A stretch of 64,000 nt of DNA, from positions 5,093 to 69,092 of the forward strand of contig JAWCCZ010000006.1 in the NCBI GenBank assembly GCA_038861545.1. The letters run 5' to 3'. Below, piece by piece: positions 1 to 8,866 of this stretch (position 1 is its first letter; every line of letters starts with the position of its first letter). The notes beneath the pieces were generated by a model. The model saw only the letters and a program-made list of their open reading frames with translations, searched no databases and was not told the DNA's origin. This DNA comes from Thermofilaceae archaeon. Lineage in GTDB: Archaea > Thermoproteota > Thermoprotei > Thermofilales > Thermofilaceae. The position numbers and the translations under genes are program-made.

Positions 1-147
1 CTTATGCCAGAATTCTAAAAAGTTACCTTAAACATTACCGTTTATTAAAGAAAAGTATATCAACTTCAAATGCTTCTTCAACTCGAAGGAGGACTGTTTT
101 TCAAACTAGAACTAGAGAATAAAAAAGTGAATAAAAATCCATTGAAT

Positions 148-570
148 TTAACCCTTAGTGAAGGTATACGTTGCCTCAGCGCCGCCTTTTGCAGAAACCT
201 TCGCTATATAAGTGGTACCTGAAGTAAGAGTGCATGTACCTGGAACGGTCACGCTTTTAGCTTCTTCTTTAGCTATGTTAATAGCAGTAGTTAGAGGGCC
301 GCCACATACGGCAGCAAAGTTTTCATCCAGTATATAGGCACTGATAATTGAAGTGTCTATTTCACCAATATTAACAACGAAAATATTTATGTCAGTACCG
401 GTTTGAACAGCATCAATCTTTAATCTTTCTTGCATCTGGGTTGGTGTTTCCCGAGGGGTTAGCGTACCCATGTACCCGGTGATCCAGATGTAAGCTAGCA
501 CGGCCGCAGCTACAGCTATAACTATCAGCAGCAGGGTGGCGATTACTGGGCTCACACCTTTTCTTTTCAT
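148..570 (-). CDS. archaeal type IV pilin-like protein with class III signal peptide
   Basis: 140-aa ORF. The N-terminus MKRKG/VSPVIATLLLIVIAVAAAV is a short basic leader, Gly, then the VSPVIATLLL hydrophobic helix typical of the archaeal pilin/archaellin N-terminal domain. A small beta-rich body follows. Confidence 0.75.
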   Translation of the reverse strand: MKRKGVSPVIATLLLIVIAVAAAVLAYIWITGYMGTLTPRETPTQMQERLKIDAVQTGTDINIFVVNIGEIDTSIISAYILDENFAAVCGGPLTTAINIAKEEAKSVTVPGTCTLTSGTTYIAKVSAKGGAEATYTFTKG

Positions 571-1105
571 TCTTCCACCTTCTCGAACCTCTCCAGCATA
601 TATTTTAATATTTGTCGCTTAGAAATTTCCCTATAAGCTACTCTTAAAACTAATTAATCTTAAGGGTTTTCCGTTACTAAATATTTTCTCGAAAACTTAT
701 TATGAATATTACCAAATTATTTAGATGGATAATTCAGCTTTCTACCTATAAGAGGTTTTACCTTGCTACTTAAATGTATAGATAATAAGTGGAAGCATCA
801 ACGGAGTTTTCTCCAGGGTTTCTCAGTAAGTGTGTTTCGAGAACCGGGTTTTACTTCCTCAGCTTGCCCTCAACCCGGATTCCCCTGCGCGTCGAGAGGG
901 GGAAGTACACCTAGTTTGATTCAGTTGAGTTGCGACTTCCTATGAGCCCGGTCGTTTCCGCTATATGCGGACTGCCAGGTAAAATATCTTTCATTTTAAG
1001 CCGGCCTATTGATTTAATTTACTGCTTGGGCGGATGCGTAGATAAACGTTTTTACCGGATATTTATTTAAGGCGCTAAACGTGCATGTTTACGGAGTGTC
1101 TAGCC

Positions 1106-1891
1106 ATGGGTAGCCGCGGTGTTTCAACTGTGCTGGGCACGTTGATATTCGTCCTACTAGCCTCTATGCTTATCGCTCTAATGCTCAAGATTTTCTACGA
1201 TTACAGCTCGGTGCTAGCTGAAGTGGCGACTAGCCGCGCGGAGCGGGGGTTTCCAGCCCTGCTCGAGATACAGCTACGGTTTGCAGTTTCTTATGAACCA
1301 GCCGGACTCAGCGTAGCGGAGCGAATTAACGGAACAGTGGAAGGAGGTGGGAGCTACTTGAGAATCGTAGCTGAAAACGCTAGCGGAACTTACCTGGCTG
1401 TAGTGCACTTGCGTGTTGTAGGGGACTGCCGGCTCAACTGCAGCCTGACTTTATCCTCTAACGTCACCGGCCTAGTTGAGATTTACGAGAACTACAGTGA
1501 GAGTAGCGGTGTCTGGACGTTAAGCTCCAAGTACTTCGTGAAGAGAAGCGAGGAGCAGTTCACCGTATCGCTAAGAAGCTCGGAGTTGCTCATTTACGCG
1601 TACGCCTATAAGCCTATGGAGCTGTCGGTAAGCAACCCGCAGGTAGGGGTTTACGGCGACTGGATGACGCTCGCTGTGCGAAACGCAGGGTATACACCAG
1701 CTGAAGTGCATAGAGTTCTTTTACGGGATTTATGCGGGGGAGGGGAGTACATGCTCGACGATAAGCTTACCGTGCTGTTCCCCGGCGAGGAGAAGGTGTA
1801 CACGCTTAGGCTGCAACCGCAGGAGGAGTGTGTTTACGAGGTTAGGGTTGTAACTGAGAACCAAGTATACACGGCGCGGTTCACGCCCTAG
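1106..1891 (+). CDS. class III signal-peptide (pilin-like) protein with large C-terminal globular domain
   Basis: The ORF track gives 1085..1891. The internal ATG at 1106 gives MGSRG/VSTVLGTLIFVLLASMLIAL, a short basic leader plus hydrophobic helix as in prepilins. The rest has no recognisable family. Confidence 0.6.
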   Translation: MGSRGVSTVLGTLIFVLLASMLIALMLKIFYDYSSVLAEVATSRAERGFPALLEIQLRFAVSYEPAGLSVAERINGTVEGGGSYLRIVAENASGTYLAVVHLRVVGDCRLNCSLTLSSNVTGLVEIYENYSESSGVWTLSSKYFVKRSEEQFTVSLRSSELLIYAYAYKPMELSVSNPQVGVYGDWMTLAVRNAGYTPAEVHRVLLRDLCGGGEYMLDDKLTVLFPGEEKVYTLRLQPQEECVYEVRVVTENQVYTARFTP

Positions 1892-1899
1892 GTGTTCTC

Positions 1900-2106
1900 G
1901 TGAAATTGGATTGGTTGATCAGGCGTGCGGAGGAGGAGCTTAAAAAAAGAGGGGGGCAAATTGAGCTTATAGCAATCCTTGCTCAAGGCTTACTGTACCT
2001 GGTTTCCGCGGCACTCATTATTTTCATGGTAGTGAGCATAGCAACTGCTGTCCAACTGTTAACCGAGAAGCTTTTATCGAGTTGCTGCTCGATTAAATTT
2101 CCCTAA
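1900..2106 (+). CDS. small single-TM protein, possible minor pilin-like subunit
   Basis: 68-aa ORF with a GTG start 9 nt after the previous stop. KKRGG-QIELIAILAQGLLYLVSAALIIFMVV resembles a basic leader plus hydrophobic helix. Weak. Confidence 0.4.
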   Translation: MKLDWLIRRAEEELKKRGGQIELIAILAQGLLYLVSAALIIFMVVSIATAVQLLTEKLLSSCCSIKFP

Positions 2107-2190
2107 AGCGGCTTTAAATGAATGCTTCAGCTACCGGTTGAGTTTAGAGGGTTAACTATAAGTATATACCAGCCGATAGGGGTGCTGTTC

Positions 2191-2532
2191 ATGTGCTGGG
2201 GGGTTCCCGCTAAAGTTGTAGAAGTTGAGGGGATGGAGGCTTTAGTCGACTTCGGCGGTGTGAGGAGAAAAGTGCTCCTAGTCGTAGAAAATGTGAAACC
2301 GGGAAGCTACGTCGTGGTGCACGCTGGAACAGCTATCGGTGTCGTGAATCCTCGTGAAGCTTTAGATATGTTTAAAGCGTATAGGGAATTGGCCGCCTCT
2401 ATTGACCCCAATCTCCTGGAGCCTATTGATAAGGCTATTGAGGAGCTTAAAAACTCGATTTATCCCCCACAATCCGAAGACGAAGCGCTTACGCCTGGCA
2501 AGTCTGATACTTATTCTGCCCCACTAGCCTGA
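2191..2532 (+). CDS. hypC: hydrogenase maturation chaperone HypC/HupF family
   Basis: The internal ATG at 2191 gives the hallmark N-terminus MCWGVPAKVVEV (family consensus MC-[LI]-[GA]-[IV]-P), followed by ...VVVHAGTAI. The C-terminal tail is unusually long. The 23-codon upstream extension of the ORF track (2122) is rejected. Confidence 0.75.
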   Translation: MCWGVPAKVVEVEGMEALVDFGGVRRKVLLVVENVKPGSYVVVHAGTAIGVVNPREALDMFKAYRELAASIDPNLLEPIDKAIEELKNSIYPPQSEDEALTPGKSDTYSAPLA

Positions 2533-2594
2533 GGGAAAGCTTACTATTGGTTTTCAGCGTTGCGGTTTAATAGTTACCATCCTCAAACTTCTTG

Positions 2595-3209
2595 ATGCTG
2601 TTCGTAGCTTTCGAGGGGATAGATGGAGCCGGTTTAACGACTCACGCTAGGATGACTGAGCGCTACTTGGAGGGTAAGGGGCTTAAGGTTGTTTTAACTA
2701 AGGAGCCTACTGACGGCCTTGTCGGGGGGCTCATAAAAGCTTGCCTGAGAGGGGAGTGGAAAGCCGATCCAATGACTTTACAGCTTTTATTCGCCGCGGA
2801 TCGGTGCCACCACGTTAACACTGTGATCTCCCCTGCATTGAGGAGCGGTAGAGTGGTGGTGACGGACCGTTATCTGTTCTCCAGCCTCGCGTACGGTTCG
2901 CTCAATCTCGACTACGAGTGGTTAAAGGCCGTAAACTCGTTTTTCCCCCTTCCCGATTTAACGTTCATCTTGGACTTGAACCCGCTAGAGGCTATCAAGA
3001 GGATAAAGGAGGATCGCTTCGCGGTAGAGCTGTTCGAGGAGGCAGAGAAGCTGGAAAAAGTTCGGAAAGCTTACCTTAAGATAGCGCAAGAATACGGAGG
3101 TATTCATGTCGTGGAGACAGACGACGAAATCGGAGAAGTACAGAGGAAGATTGAGGAGATCCTAGAGTGCTACTTGCCGGAAGTGAATAGGAGACGCGCC
3201 CCTACTTAA
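2595..3209 (+). CDS. tmk: thymidylate kinase family protein (atypical P-loop)
   Basis: FVAFEGIDGAGLTTH...LTKEPTDG...DRY motifs match dTMP kinase. The P-loop reads G-A-G-L-T-T, with Leu at 2634-2636 where the invariant Lys is expected. The ATG at 2595 is preferred to the TTG at 2592. Confidence 0.75.
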   Translation: MLFVAFEGIDGAGLTTHARMTERYLEGKGLKVVLTKEPTDGLVGGLIKACLRGEWKADPMTLQLLFAADRCHHVNTVISPALRSGRVVVTDRYLFSSLAYGSLNLDYEWLKAVNSFFPLPDLTFILDLNPLEAIKRIKEDRFAVELFEEAEKLEKVRKAYLKIAQEYGGIHVVETDDEIGEVQRKIEEILECYLPEVNRRRAPT

Positions 3210-3243
3210 AGCTGCAAAGGTAAAAATTTTCAACTAAGTTTGA

Positions 3244-4344
3244 TTATAAGCTGGTAAAGTCGCTGACCTTCTTCTCGTCCAGTTTCTTCACGAGCTCGGC
3301 GACCAGCCTTACAGCATTTGTTAAGTCGTCGAGGTGGACTATTGACACGTGGCTATGAATGTGGCGCGTGGGTACGCCTATTACGATGCTCGGCCTACCG
3401 GTTTTATAGAGGTGTAGTCGTCCCGCATCTGTACCGCCTTTCGCTATCGCTGAAAGCTGGTAGGGGATCTTCGCGTCCTCAGCTACTTGTATGGTGAACT
3501 CTTTCAGCTTCTGGTTGGGGACCATCGAAGCGTCGAAAGTGACGACCGTCGGGCCTTTACCGAGCCTTGCTTGTGCGTCGCGAGGGTCTATGCCCGGCAC
3601 GTCTCCAGCGATATCCACTTCTGTTACGATAGCTAAGTCGTGGTCAACAAGCCAGCCTACGGTTTGAGCACCCCTAAGCCCGACTTCTTCCTGTACTGTG
3701 GCAGCAGCGTAAAGTGTGTTCGGGTGCTCGGCCCCGCTTTCCCTCAAGTATCTGAGCGCTTCAACTGCTATGAAGGCGCCTAGCCTATCGTCGAAAGCCT
3801 TACCCATTATCGTTTTCCCGGTCGCTGATACAATGAAAGGCGAATAGGGGGCAATAGGGTCACCAATTCTTATCCCAAGGTTTTTCGCCTCTTCCTCGCT
3901 TGTCGCCCCCACGTCTATATACATTCGATCGATAGTCACCACTTTCTGCCTTTCCTCAGGGGTCAGCAAGTGCGGGGGTTTGCTGGTTATTATCCCGAGC
4001 ACCTGCCCTTTCTTGGCTCGGATTACCACCCTTTGGGCTAGTAGAACCTGGTCGAACCAGCCTCCTAGGGGCGTGAACGTAATGTATCCCTCCTTAGTTA
4101 TACTAGTTACAAGGAAACCAACTTCATCTACGTGCCCCGCTACGAGCACGCGCGGCTTATCCCTTGAGCCTCTTTTCACGAAGACAAGGGAGCCGAGGTT
4201 ATCCCGTACAACTTCATCGGCGAAACGGTGTCCATAGGCCTGAAATAGCCGTAGTACTTCATCTTCGAAGCCTGAGGGGCCTACAGCCTCACAAACATCT
4301 TTTAAAAACTTTTGAGCTTCATCGGAGATCCGGTACTCGCTCAC
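3244..4344 (-). CDS. M42 family (TET/FrvX-type) aminopeptidase
   Basis: 366 aa. VLVAGHVDEVGFLVTSITKEGYITFTPLGGW, GKAFDDRLG, QEEVGLRGA and GVPTRHIHS are the canonical M42 metal and catalytic motifs. Confidence 0.85.
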   Translation of the reverse strand: MSEYRISDEAQKFLKDVCEAVGPSGFEDEVLRLFQAYGHRFADEVVRDNLGSLVFVKRGSRDKPRVLVAGHVDEVGFLVTSITKEGYITFTPLGGWFDQVLLAQRVVIRAKKGQVLGIITSKPPHLLTPEERQKVVTIDRMYIDVGATSEEEAKNLGIRIGDPIAPYSPFIVSATGKTIMGKAFDDRLGAFIAVEALRYLRESGAEHPNTLYAAATVQEEVGLRGAQTVGWLVDHDLAIVTEVDIAGDVPGIDPRDAQARLGKGPTVVTFDASMVPNQKLKEFTIQVAEDAKIPYQLSAIAKGGTDAGRLHLYKTGRPSIVIGVPTRHIHSHVSIVHLDDLTNAVRLVAELVKKLDEKKVSDFTSL

Positions 4345-4485
4345 AAGGCTACTTAGAACACTGTTTCATTAATTTTCCGCTGGATACGCTGGGCGCTTTT
4401 ACTATCTCCTTTTATTATTCCCAGGCTTTCTATAAAGAAAACCTTGTTACCGGGTTTTCCCCAAGGACGGTGCAGCCTCTTTAGC

Positions 4486-5400
4486 CTATGGCAGGTTCAG
4501 TAAGAGAACAGGCTCCAGCCATATTTCAAGCAAGGTGAAGTATACGATAACTGTCGACATCAGTATCAGCGAATGAAATAAACCGGCTTTCACAGTACCT
4601 TTACTCATTTTCCCGGCTACTAAGCCGCCTGAAACAGCCTGTACGAAGGAGGCGAAGAAAAACACCGCTTTGAATAGCGGAGGGGGTAAAGGGGTGAAGA
4701 ACGCGGTCCCCTTAAGCCTATAGAGGGGGGCCACGAACACGGTTACAAGAATCGTTGAAATGGTTAGGAACACCGCTAGGGCTACGTACACGGTCCAAAC
4801 GTAAGGGGCTAGGGAGGATCTCCGCTCTTCTTCATAGCTCCCGATCATCTCGTACATCTCAGCTGCCGCGTCCAAAACATCGGCGACTCTCCCACCGGAT
4901 CTGTACGCGGTTATCAGCAGGTTAGCCGCTCTCTTTAAACCTGGTGTTGCCACTCTGTCTAGCATGTTTTCAAGTGCTCTTTCTAGGCTGCTGCCAAGTT
5001 CTACTGCGCTAACCACGTCAAGCATCTCTCTGCCAAGAGGTCCGCTGATGGACCTAGCCGTAACTTCAAGGGATTTAACCATCGGCATACCGGACCTTAT
5101 GCCATCCGCAACTCCCTTAAAGAAGCTTGACATGCTTCTCTCAATTGCATCTACATATCTCCCGTTCATGTACTGAATAACGGCAAACGGCGCTATGGCG
5201 CATACAGGGATTAAGAAAACTAAATCGTAGATGGAAATAGACCAGAAGAGCTCTAAACCCCTCAGCAGCTCGAATGTTTCCACTTCCCACGTCCACTCCT
5301 CCCAGAGGAGAGCGAGAAAGGCAAGCGGCACTAAGCTAAGCGCCACCGAAATGGTGGTTAAAAGAAGTAGCCACCGACCCTTAAGCGGTACGTAAGGCAC
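4486..5400 (-). CDS. type IV pilus/archaellum-type membrane platform protein, single T2SSF domain (TadC/FlaJ-like half)
   Basis: 304 aa. A cytoplasmic T2SSF-like helical domain (GIRSGMPMVKSLE...LGSSLERALENM...LLITAYRSGGRVADVL) lies between TM segments. It is immediately downstream of the second T2SSF gene and the ATPase. Confidence 0.75.
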   Translation of the reverse strand: MPYVPLKGRWLLLLTTISVALSLVPLAFLALLWEEWTWEVETFELLRGLELFWSISIYDLVFLIPVCAIAPFAVIQYMNGRYVDAIERSMSSFFKGVADGIRSGMPMVKSLEVTARSISGPLGREMLDVVSAVELGSSLERALENMLDRVATPGLKRAANLLITAYRSGGRVADVLDAAAEMYEMIGSYEEERRSSLAPYVWTVYVALAVFLTISTILVTVFVAPLYRLKGTAFFTPLPPPLFKAVFFFASFVQAVSGGLVAGKMSKGTVKAGLFHSLILMSTVIVYFTLLEIWLEPVLLLNLP

Positions 5401-5430
5401 AGTTAACCACCCCTTGCACGTAGGTAAACG

Positions 5431-6294
5431 CTAAACTCTGGAAAGGGTTGCATCGAGCATCACCAGGATCGCAGCCGCTGAAGCCGGAACACCTATCACC
5501 AATATAACGGCGATAAGCAGGTTCGTAGGTAAACCCCCGATAGAGCCGCCTAGCATCCCGATTACGGATAGCATAACAACGAACATGAGTGGCGCGGCAA
5601 CCATTAATGTCACATACGTTTCCGCGATAACGGAAACAGTGCTTGTAATCCTCCTGAGCTCGTATCTTTTGAAATCCAGAAGCCTTTGGGCTGTGAAAGC
5701 CGCATACTCGTAAAGGTTTCCGGCTGTTATGTACGCGTCCCTTAACCCGGAGAAGAAGAGGGACAGTAGGATCGAAGGGCTTCTAGAAGACCTTCTCTCA
5801 AGCGCTGTAAGCATGTCCAGTCCTAGAAGCTTTGTATCAGTAAGAAAAAGGGATAGCTCTCTAAAGATCTCTTTCTCCTCCTCTACGTCTGCCACGTTTT
5901 CAACGATCTTGTCTAAACCCATGCCGGACGCGGCCAGCGAGGCGAAGTACGCTAAAGTGTAAGGTAGTCTAGAGTCGATCTTCACCCCTCTTGAGTACCT
6001 CTTGTATACTGGGTAGTAGAGGCAGGCGGCAGCGTAGATCAAGGTGTATGTAATGACCACCAAGAAGCTTAGCAGCGCGGAGAAAACTGGCGGGTAACCC
6101 AGTAGGACCGAGTGGAGCGCGATAGCTGCTGTCATGATGGCTGGTGCCGTTATGATGTAAGCGGTAACCCATTTACCCATGTACGTCTCGAACGGCTCGG
6201 AAAAGCCAGCGGTGTAGTATATTTCCTCGAAAACTCCTGCGCGCTCGGCTAACCGCCTAGCTACCCGTTCGCTTAGGCTGTAGCTAAGACTCAA
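5431..6294 (-). CDS. type IV pilus-type membrane platform protein, single T2SSF domain (TadB/FlaJ-like half)
   Basis: 287 aa with the TM - helical cytoplasmic domain - TM layout. It overlaps the ATPase stop by 4 nt (6291-6294), which indicates an operon. Confidence 0.7.
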   Translation of the reverse strand: MSLSYSLSERVARRLAERAGVFEEIYYTAGFSEPFETYMGKWVTAYIITAPAIMTAAIALHSVLLGYPPVFSALLSFLVVITYTLIYAAACLYYPVYKRYSRGVKIDSRLPYTLAYFASLAASGMGLDKIVENVADVEEEKEIFRELSLFLTDTKLLGLDMLTALERRSSRSPSILLSLFFSGLRDAYITAGNLYEYAAFTAQRLLDFKRYELRRITSTVSVIAETYVTLMVAAPLMFVVMLSVIGMLGGSIGGLPTNLLIAVILVIGVPASAAAILVMLDATLSRV

Positions 6295-7796
6295 AACTCG
6301 TACACCCCTCTTTCCACCGCCGCGTATACTACAGCTGGTTTACGAGCGTAGTCGCTGACTAGCCTGCTAACCCTCCTGAAATCGGTTACGCCTCTGGTTA
6401 GGAGGAACTTCAGTATTTCTTCTCTTTTCTTCAGCTCATCCTCCAGCTCGCTGACTGGAACGTACTTTTCTTCTGCTATTGCCTCCAGTAACCTGCTGGC
6501 TCCAACCCTTTCAACTCGGTCGGTGGTCGGATTATACTTGAATACCAGGTTCTTAACGGGCTCTAGCCCACTACTCGTTACCTCGTAGACTTCGACAACC
6601 CTCCTGTAGATGCGCTCCTCACCGGCAAACCGCTTGACTGTCATGAAAACATTCATCAAGGGGATTAGGAACTGGGGAACGTTCATCGGCTCCGATATTA
6701 ACCTTTTTATAGCGTAATCCACGTTTTCCGCATGGATCGTACACATACCTGCATGCCCAGTCGCGATCGCTTGGAATAAGGTAAAAGCTTCCTCACCTCT
6801 CACCTCCCCCACGATCACGTAATCAGGCCTCATTCTCAACGCGGACTTTAAGAGGTCGAACAGGGTAACGCTCCTAGCCCATGGATCGGTCGTGGGCCTA
6901 GCCACAAGGGGAACCCAGTTCTCATGGGGGAGGTTGAGCTCAGGCGTATCCTCGATTGTTACTACCTTTACCTCCGGTCTAATAAAGGTCGCCGTAGCAT
7001 TCAATGTCGTGGTTTTCCCACTCGCAGTTGCGCCTACCACCATTACGCTTCTCCTGGATTCCACTACCAGCCACAGGTAAGCTGCAAGCTGAACCGAGAC
7101 AGTACCCAGCCTAATCAAGTCGACGATGGAGAACGGAACTTCCCTGAACTTTCTCACCGTAAACGTTCCGCCTCTCCGTGTCACTTCTGATAAAGTGGCG
7201 TGGAGCCTGTACCCTTCGGGTAAAGCTCCCTCGACAATAGGTTGGGCAACCGAGATGTGCTTACCAGCTTTATGCGTAAGCCTCACTATCTCTCTCTCAA
7301 GCTCGTCCGGCGCCTGGAACACTATGTTAGTGGGTAGTGATTCATACCGGTTATGCCAAACATAAACGGGTAGCCCGATACCATCACAGGATATGTCCTC
7401 AACGTTGGGATCTCTGATCAGAACTTCCAAGCGACCGTAGCCAAGCGTGTCTCTCCTAGTATAGTAGAATATTTTATCGAAGGATTCTTTGGGTATCGGC
7501 AGCTTGTACTTCTTCACAATTTGTTCTAGTCTTTCCCGAAGAACAGCCTCAGCTCCTTTCCTCCTCAGCTCGTCTAAGGCCGGCTTCTGCGATCCAAAGA
7601 GTATTCTCTTAACTTCCGCGATAACAGCTTCATCCTGAGGCGTCAAAACAGGTTCGATTACTCTATACAGCATGCGTCCCGTTCGGCGGTCCCTAGTGAC
7701 TGCTACGTACGCGTAAGGCTGCACTACTTCATAAAGGTCGACTACGCTTTCATGTTGTGGAATAGGCGGCAAAACTTGTTCGGTTTTCGAGCTCAT
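6291..7796 (-). CDS. type II/IV secretion family ATPase (FlaI/PilB/VirB11-like) for archaeal type IV pilus assembly
   Basis: 501 aa. Walker A is VVGATASGKTTTLNA, Walker B is PDYVIVGEVRGEEA, and the His-box is GHAGMCTIHA. Confidence 0.9.
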   Translation of the reverse strand: MSSKTEQVLPPIPQHESVVDLYEVVQPYAYVAVTRDRRTGRMLYRVIEPVLTPQDEAVIAEVKRILFGSQKPALDELRRKGAEAVLRERLEQIVKKYKLPIPKESFDKIFYYTRRDTLGYGRLEVLIRDPNVEDISCDGIGLPVYVWHNRYESLPTNIVFQAPDELEREIVRLTHKAGKHISVAQPIVEGALPEGYRLHATLSEVTRRGGTFTVRKFREVPFSIVDLIRLGTVSVQLAAYLWLVVESRRSVMVVGATASGKTTTLNATATFIRPEVKVVTIEDTPELNLPHENWVPLVARPTTDPWARSVTLFDLLKSALRMRPDYVIVGEVRGEEAFTLFQAIATGHAGMCTIHAENVDYAIKRLISEPMNVPQFLIPLMNVFMTVKRFAGEERIYRRVVEVYEVTSSGLEPVKNLVFKYNPTTDRVERVGASRLLEAIAEEKYVPVSELEDELKKREEILKFLLTRGVTDFRRVSRLVSDYARKPAVVYAAVERGVYEF

Positions 7797-7860
7797 TTAA
7801 GATTTAATGAAAGATAAACACTTATAACCTTATCTTGTAACAACTAAGTAGGAATAAGCT

Positions 7861-8853
7861 ATGGCTACAGCTGCCCGGGAGCTGCTAGACCCTAAAATAA
7901 AGAGGGAACCCCCAGTCGAGGTGCTGTACGACGCTATCTCCCAGGTAATCAGGGATGGAAAGGAGCTTTTAGCTCCAGCGGTTTCCTACACCGCAGGCGT
8001 GGTTTACGTGGACATATTGAAGGTCGTAACGAGGTACGGGGTACGCGACATCGACGTGCTTGAAAAGCTAAGCGAGCTGGGCGCGCTTGAAAAAGAGTAC
8101 CACGATTCAATGGTTGAATGCCCTAAATGCGAGTCGTTCAGGCTTTTCGGGAAACTGAAGTGCCCTAACTGCGGTTCCGAGAGACTTAGGAAAATTTCGC
8201 TCGTATCTCACCTCAAGTGCGGTACTGTTAGCAATGTGGGAGAAGAGTCTAGAGCCTTCTGCTCCAGATGTGGGGAACAGCTTAACGAGAAGAACTCAGT
8301 TATCGTAGGCAGGCTTTTCAACTGCTTAGACTGCGGCGCGAGGTTTGAAAACCCCTTGCCATCCTACCGTTGCTCGGACTGCAACTATGGGTTTGACTAC
8401 AGGGAAGCTCGCTATGTAATCCTGTACAGTTACAGGGTGAAGAGAGAAGTAGCTGCGCGCGCGGCTAAGCAGCTACTCGTAAGAGGGGCTCAGGAGGTAG
8501 TGAAAACTTACACGTTATCAGTCAATGTTTCAGCTCAAGTGACTGGCAAGAGCGGATATCAGCACCCAGTTGATTTAGTGTTAAGCGACGGTAAAGGAAC
8601 AGTGTATATAGACTTAGTGCCAGACTACGCTGCATCGATGAGCGAAGCCTTGTCTGCTATAGCTAAGAGGAGCGACCTCACAGGCAAGCATGTATTGGTA
8701 TCCCCGAAGAGCCTGGAAAACTCACTTCAAGCGCTAGCCATTAAAGCCGACGTGGTCACTTACTCAGATGCATCCGACATGCGGACGAAGCTTTCCCAGC
8801 TGGTAGAAGAGGTCTTCAAAGGATCTACGCGAAGAGAGACCAGCCGGGGATAG
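7861..8853 (+). CDS. multi-zinc-ribbon protein of unknown function
   Basis: 330 aa, divergent from the pilus ATPase. CxxC pairs are CPKC...CPNC, CSRC, CLDC...CSDC (first Cys codon at 8119). An alpha/beta C-terminal domain follows (HPVDLVLSDGKGTVYIDLV). Confidence 0.6.
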   Translation: MATAARELLDPKIKREPPVEVLYDAISQVIRDGKELLAPAVSYTAGVVYVDILKVVTRYGVRDIDVLEKLSELGALEKEYHDSMVECPKCESFRLFGKLKCPNCGSERLRKISLVSHLKCGTVSNVGEESRAFCSRCGEQLNEKNSVIVGRLFNCLDCGARFENPLPSYRCSDCNYGFDYREARYVILYSYRVKREVAARAAKQLLVRGAQEVVKTYTLSVNVSAQVTGKSGYQHPVDLVLSDGKGTVYIDLVPDYAASMSEALSAIAKRSDLTGKHVLVSPKSLENSLQALAIKADVVTYSDASDMRTKLSQLVEEVFKGSTRRETSRG

Positions 8854-8866
8854 CAGGAGCGCGAGT

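Noticed and set aside
763-945. A 60-aa ORF in the pilin intergenic gap.
   Set aside because: The translation is Cys/Ser/Pro-rich and not protein-like, there is no start context, and it coincides with GC-rich hairpins. It is treated as possible ncRNA or leader instead.
2122-2190. A 23-codon N-terminal extension of HypC.
   Set aside because: The HypC family starts with Met-Cys and the Cys is N-terminal in the mature protein. The ATG at 2191 gives MCWGVP.
3980-4484. Two plus-strand ORFs (85 and 106 aa) opposite the M42 peptidase gene.
   Set aside because: They are antisense shadow ORFs inside a well-supported CDS, with Ser/Thr/Arg/Pro-rich composition.
6892-7365. Three plus-strand ORFs opposite the pilus ATPase.
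   Set aside because: They are antisense shadows of a strongly supported gene. The same reasoning applies to 4964-5176, 5729-6172, 9414-9608, 13209-13391, 14053-14262, 17415-18185, 18327-20773, 21757-22246, 23339-23652 and 24105-24434.
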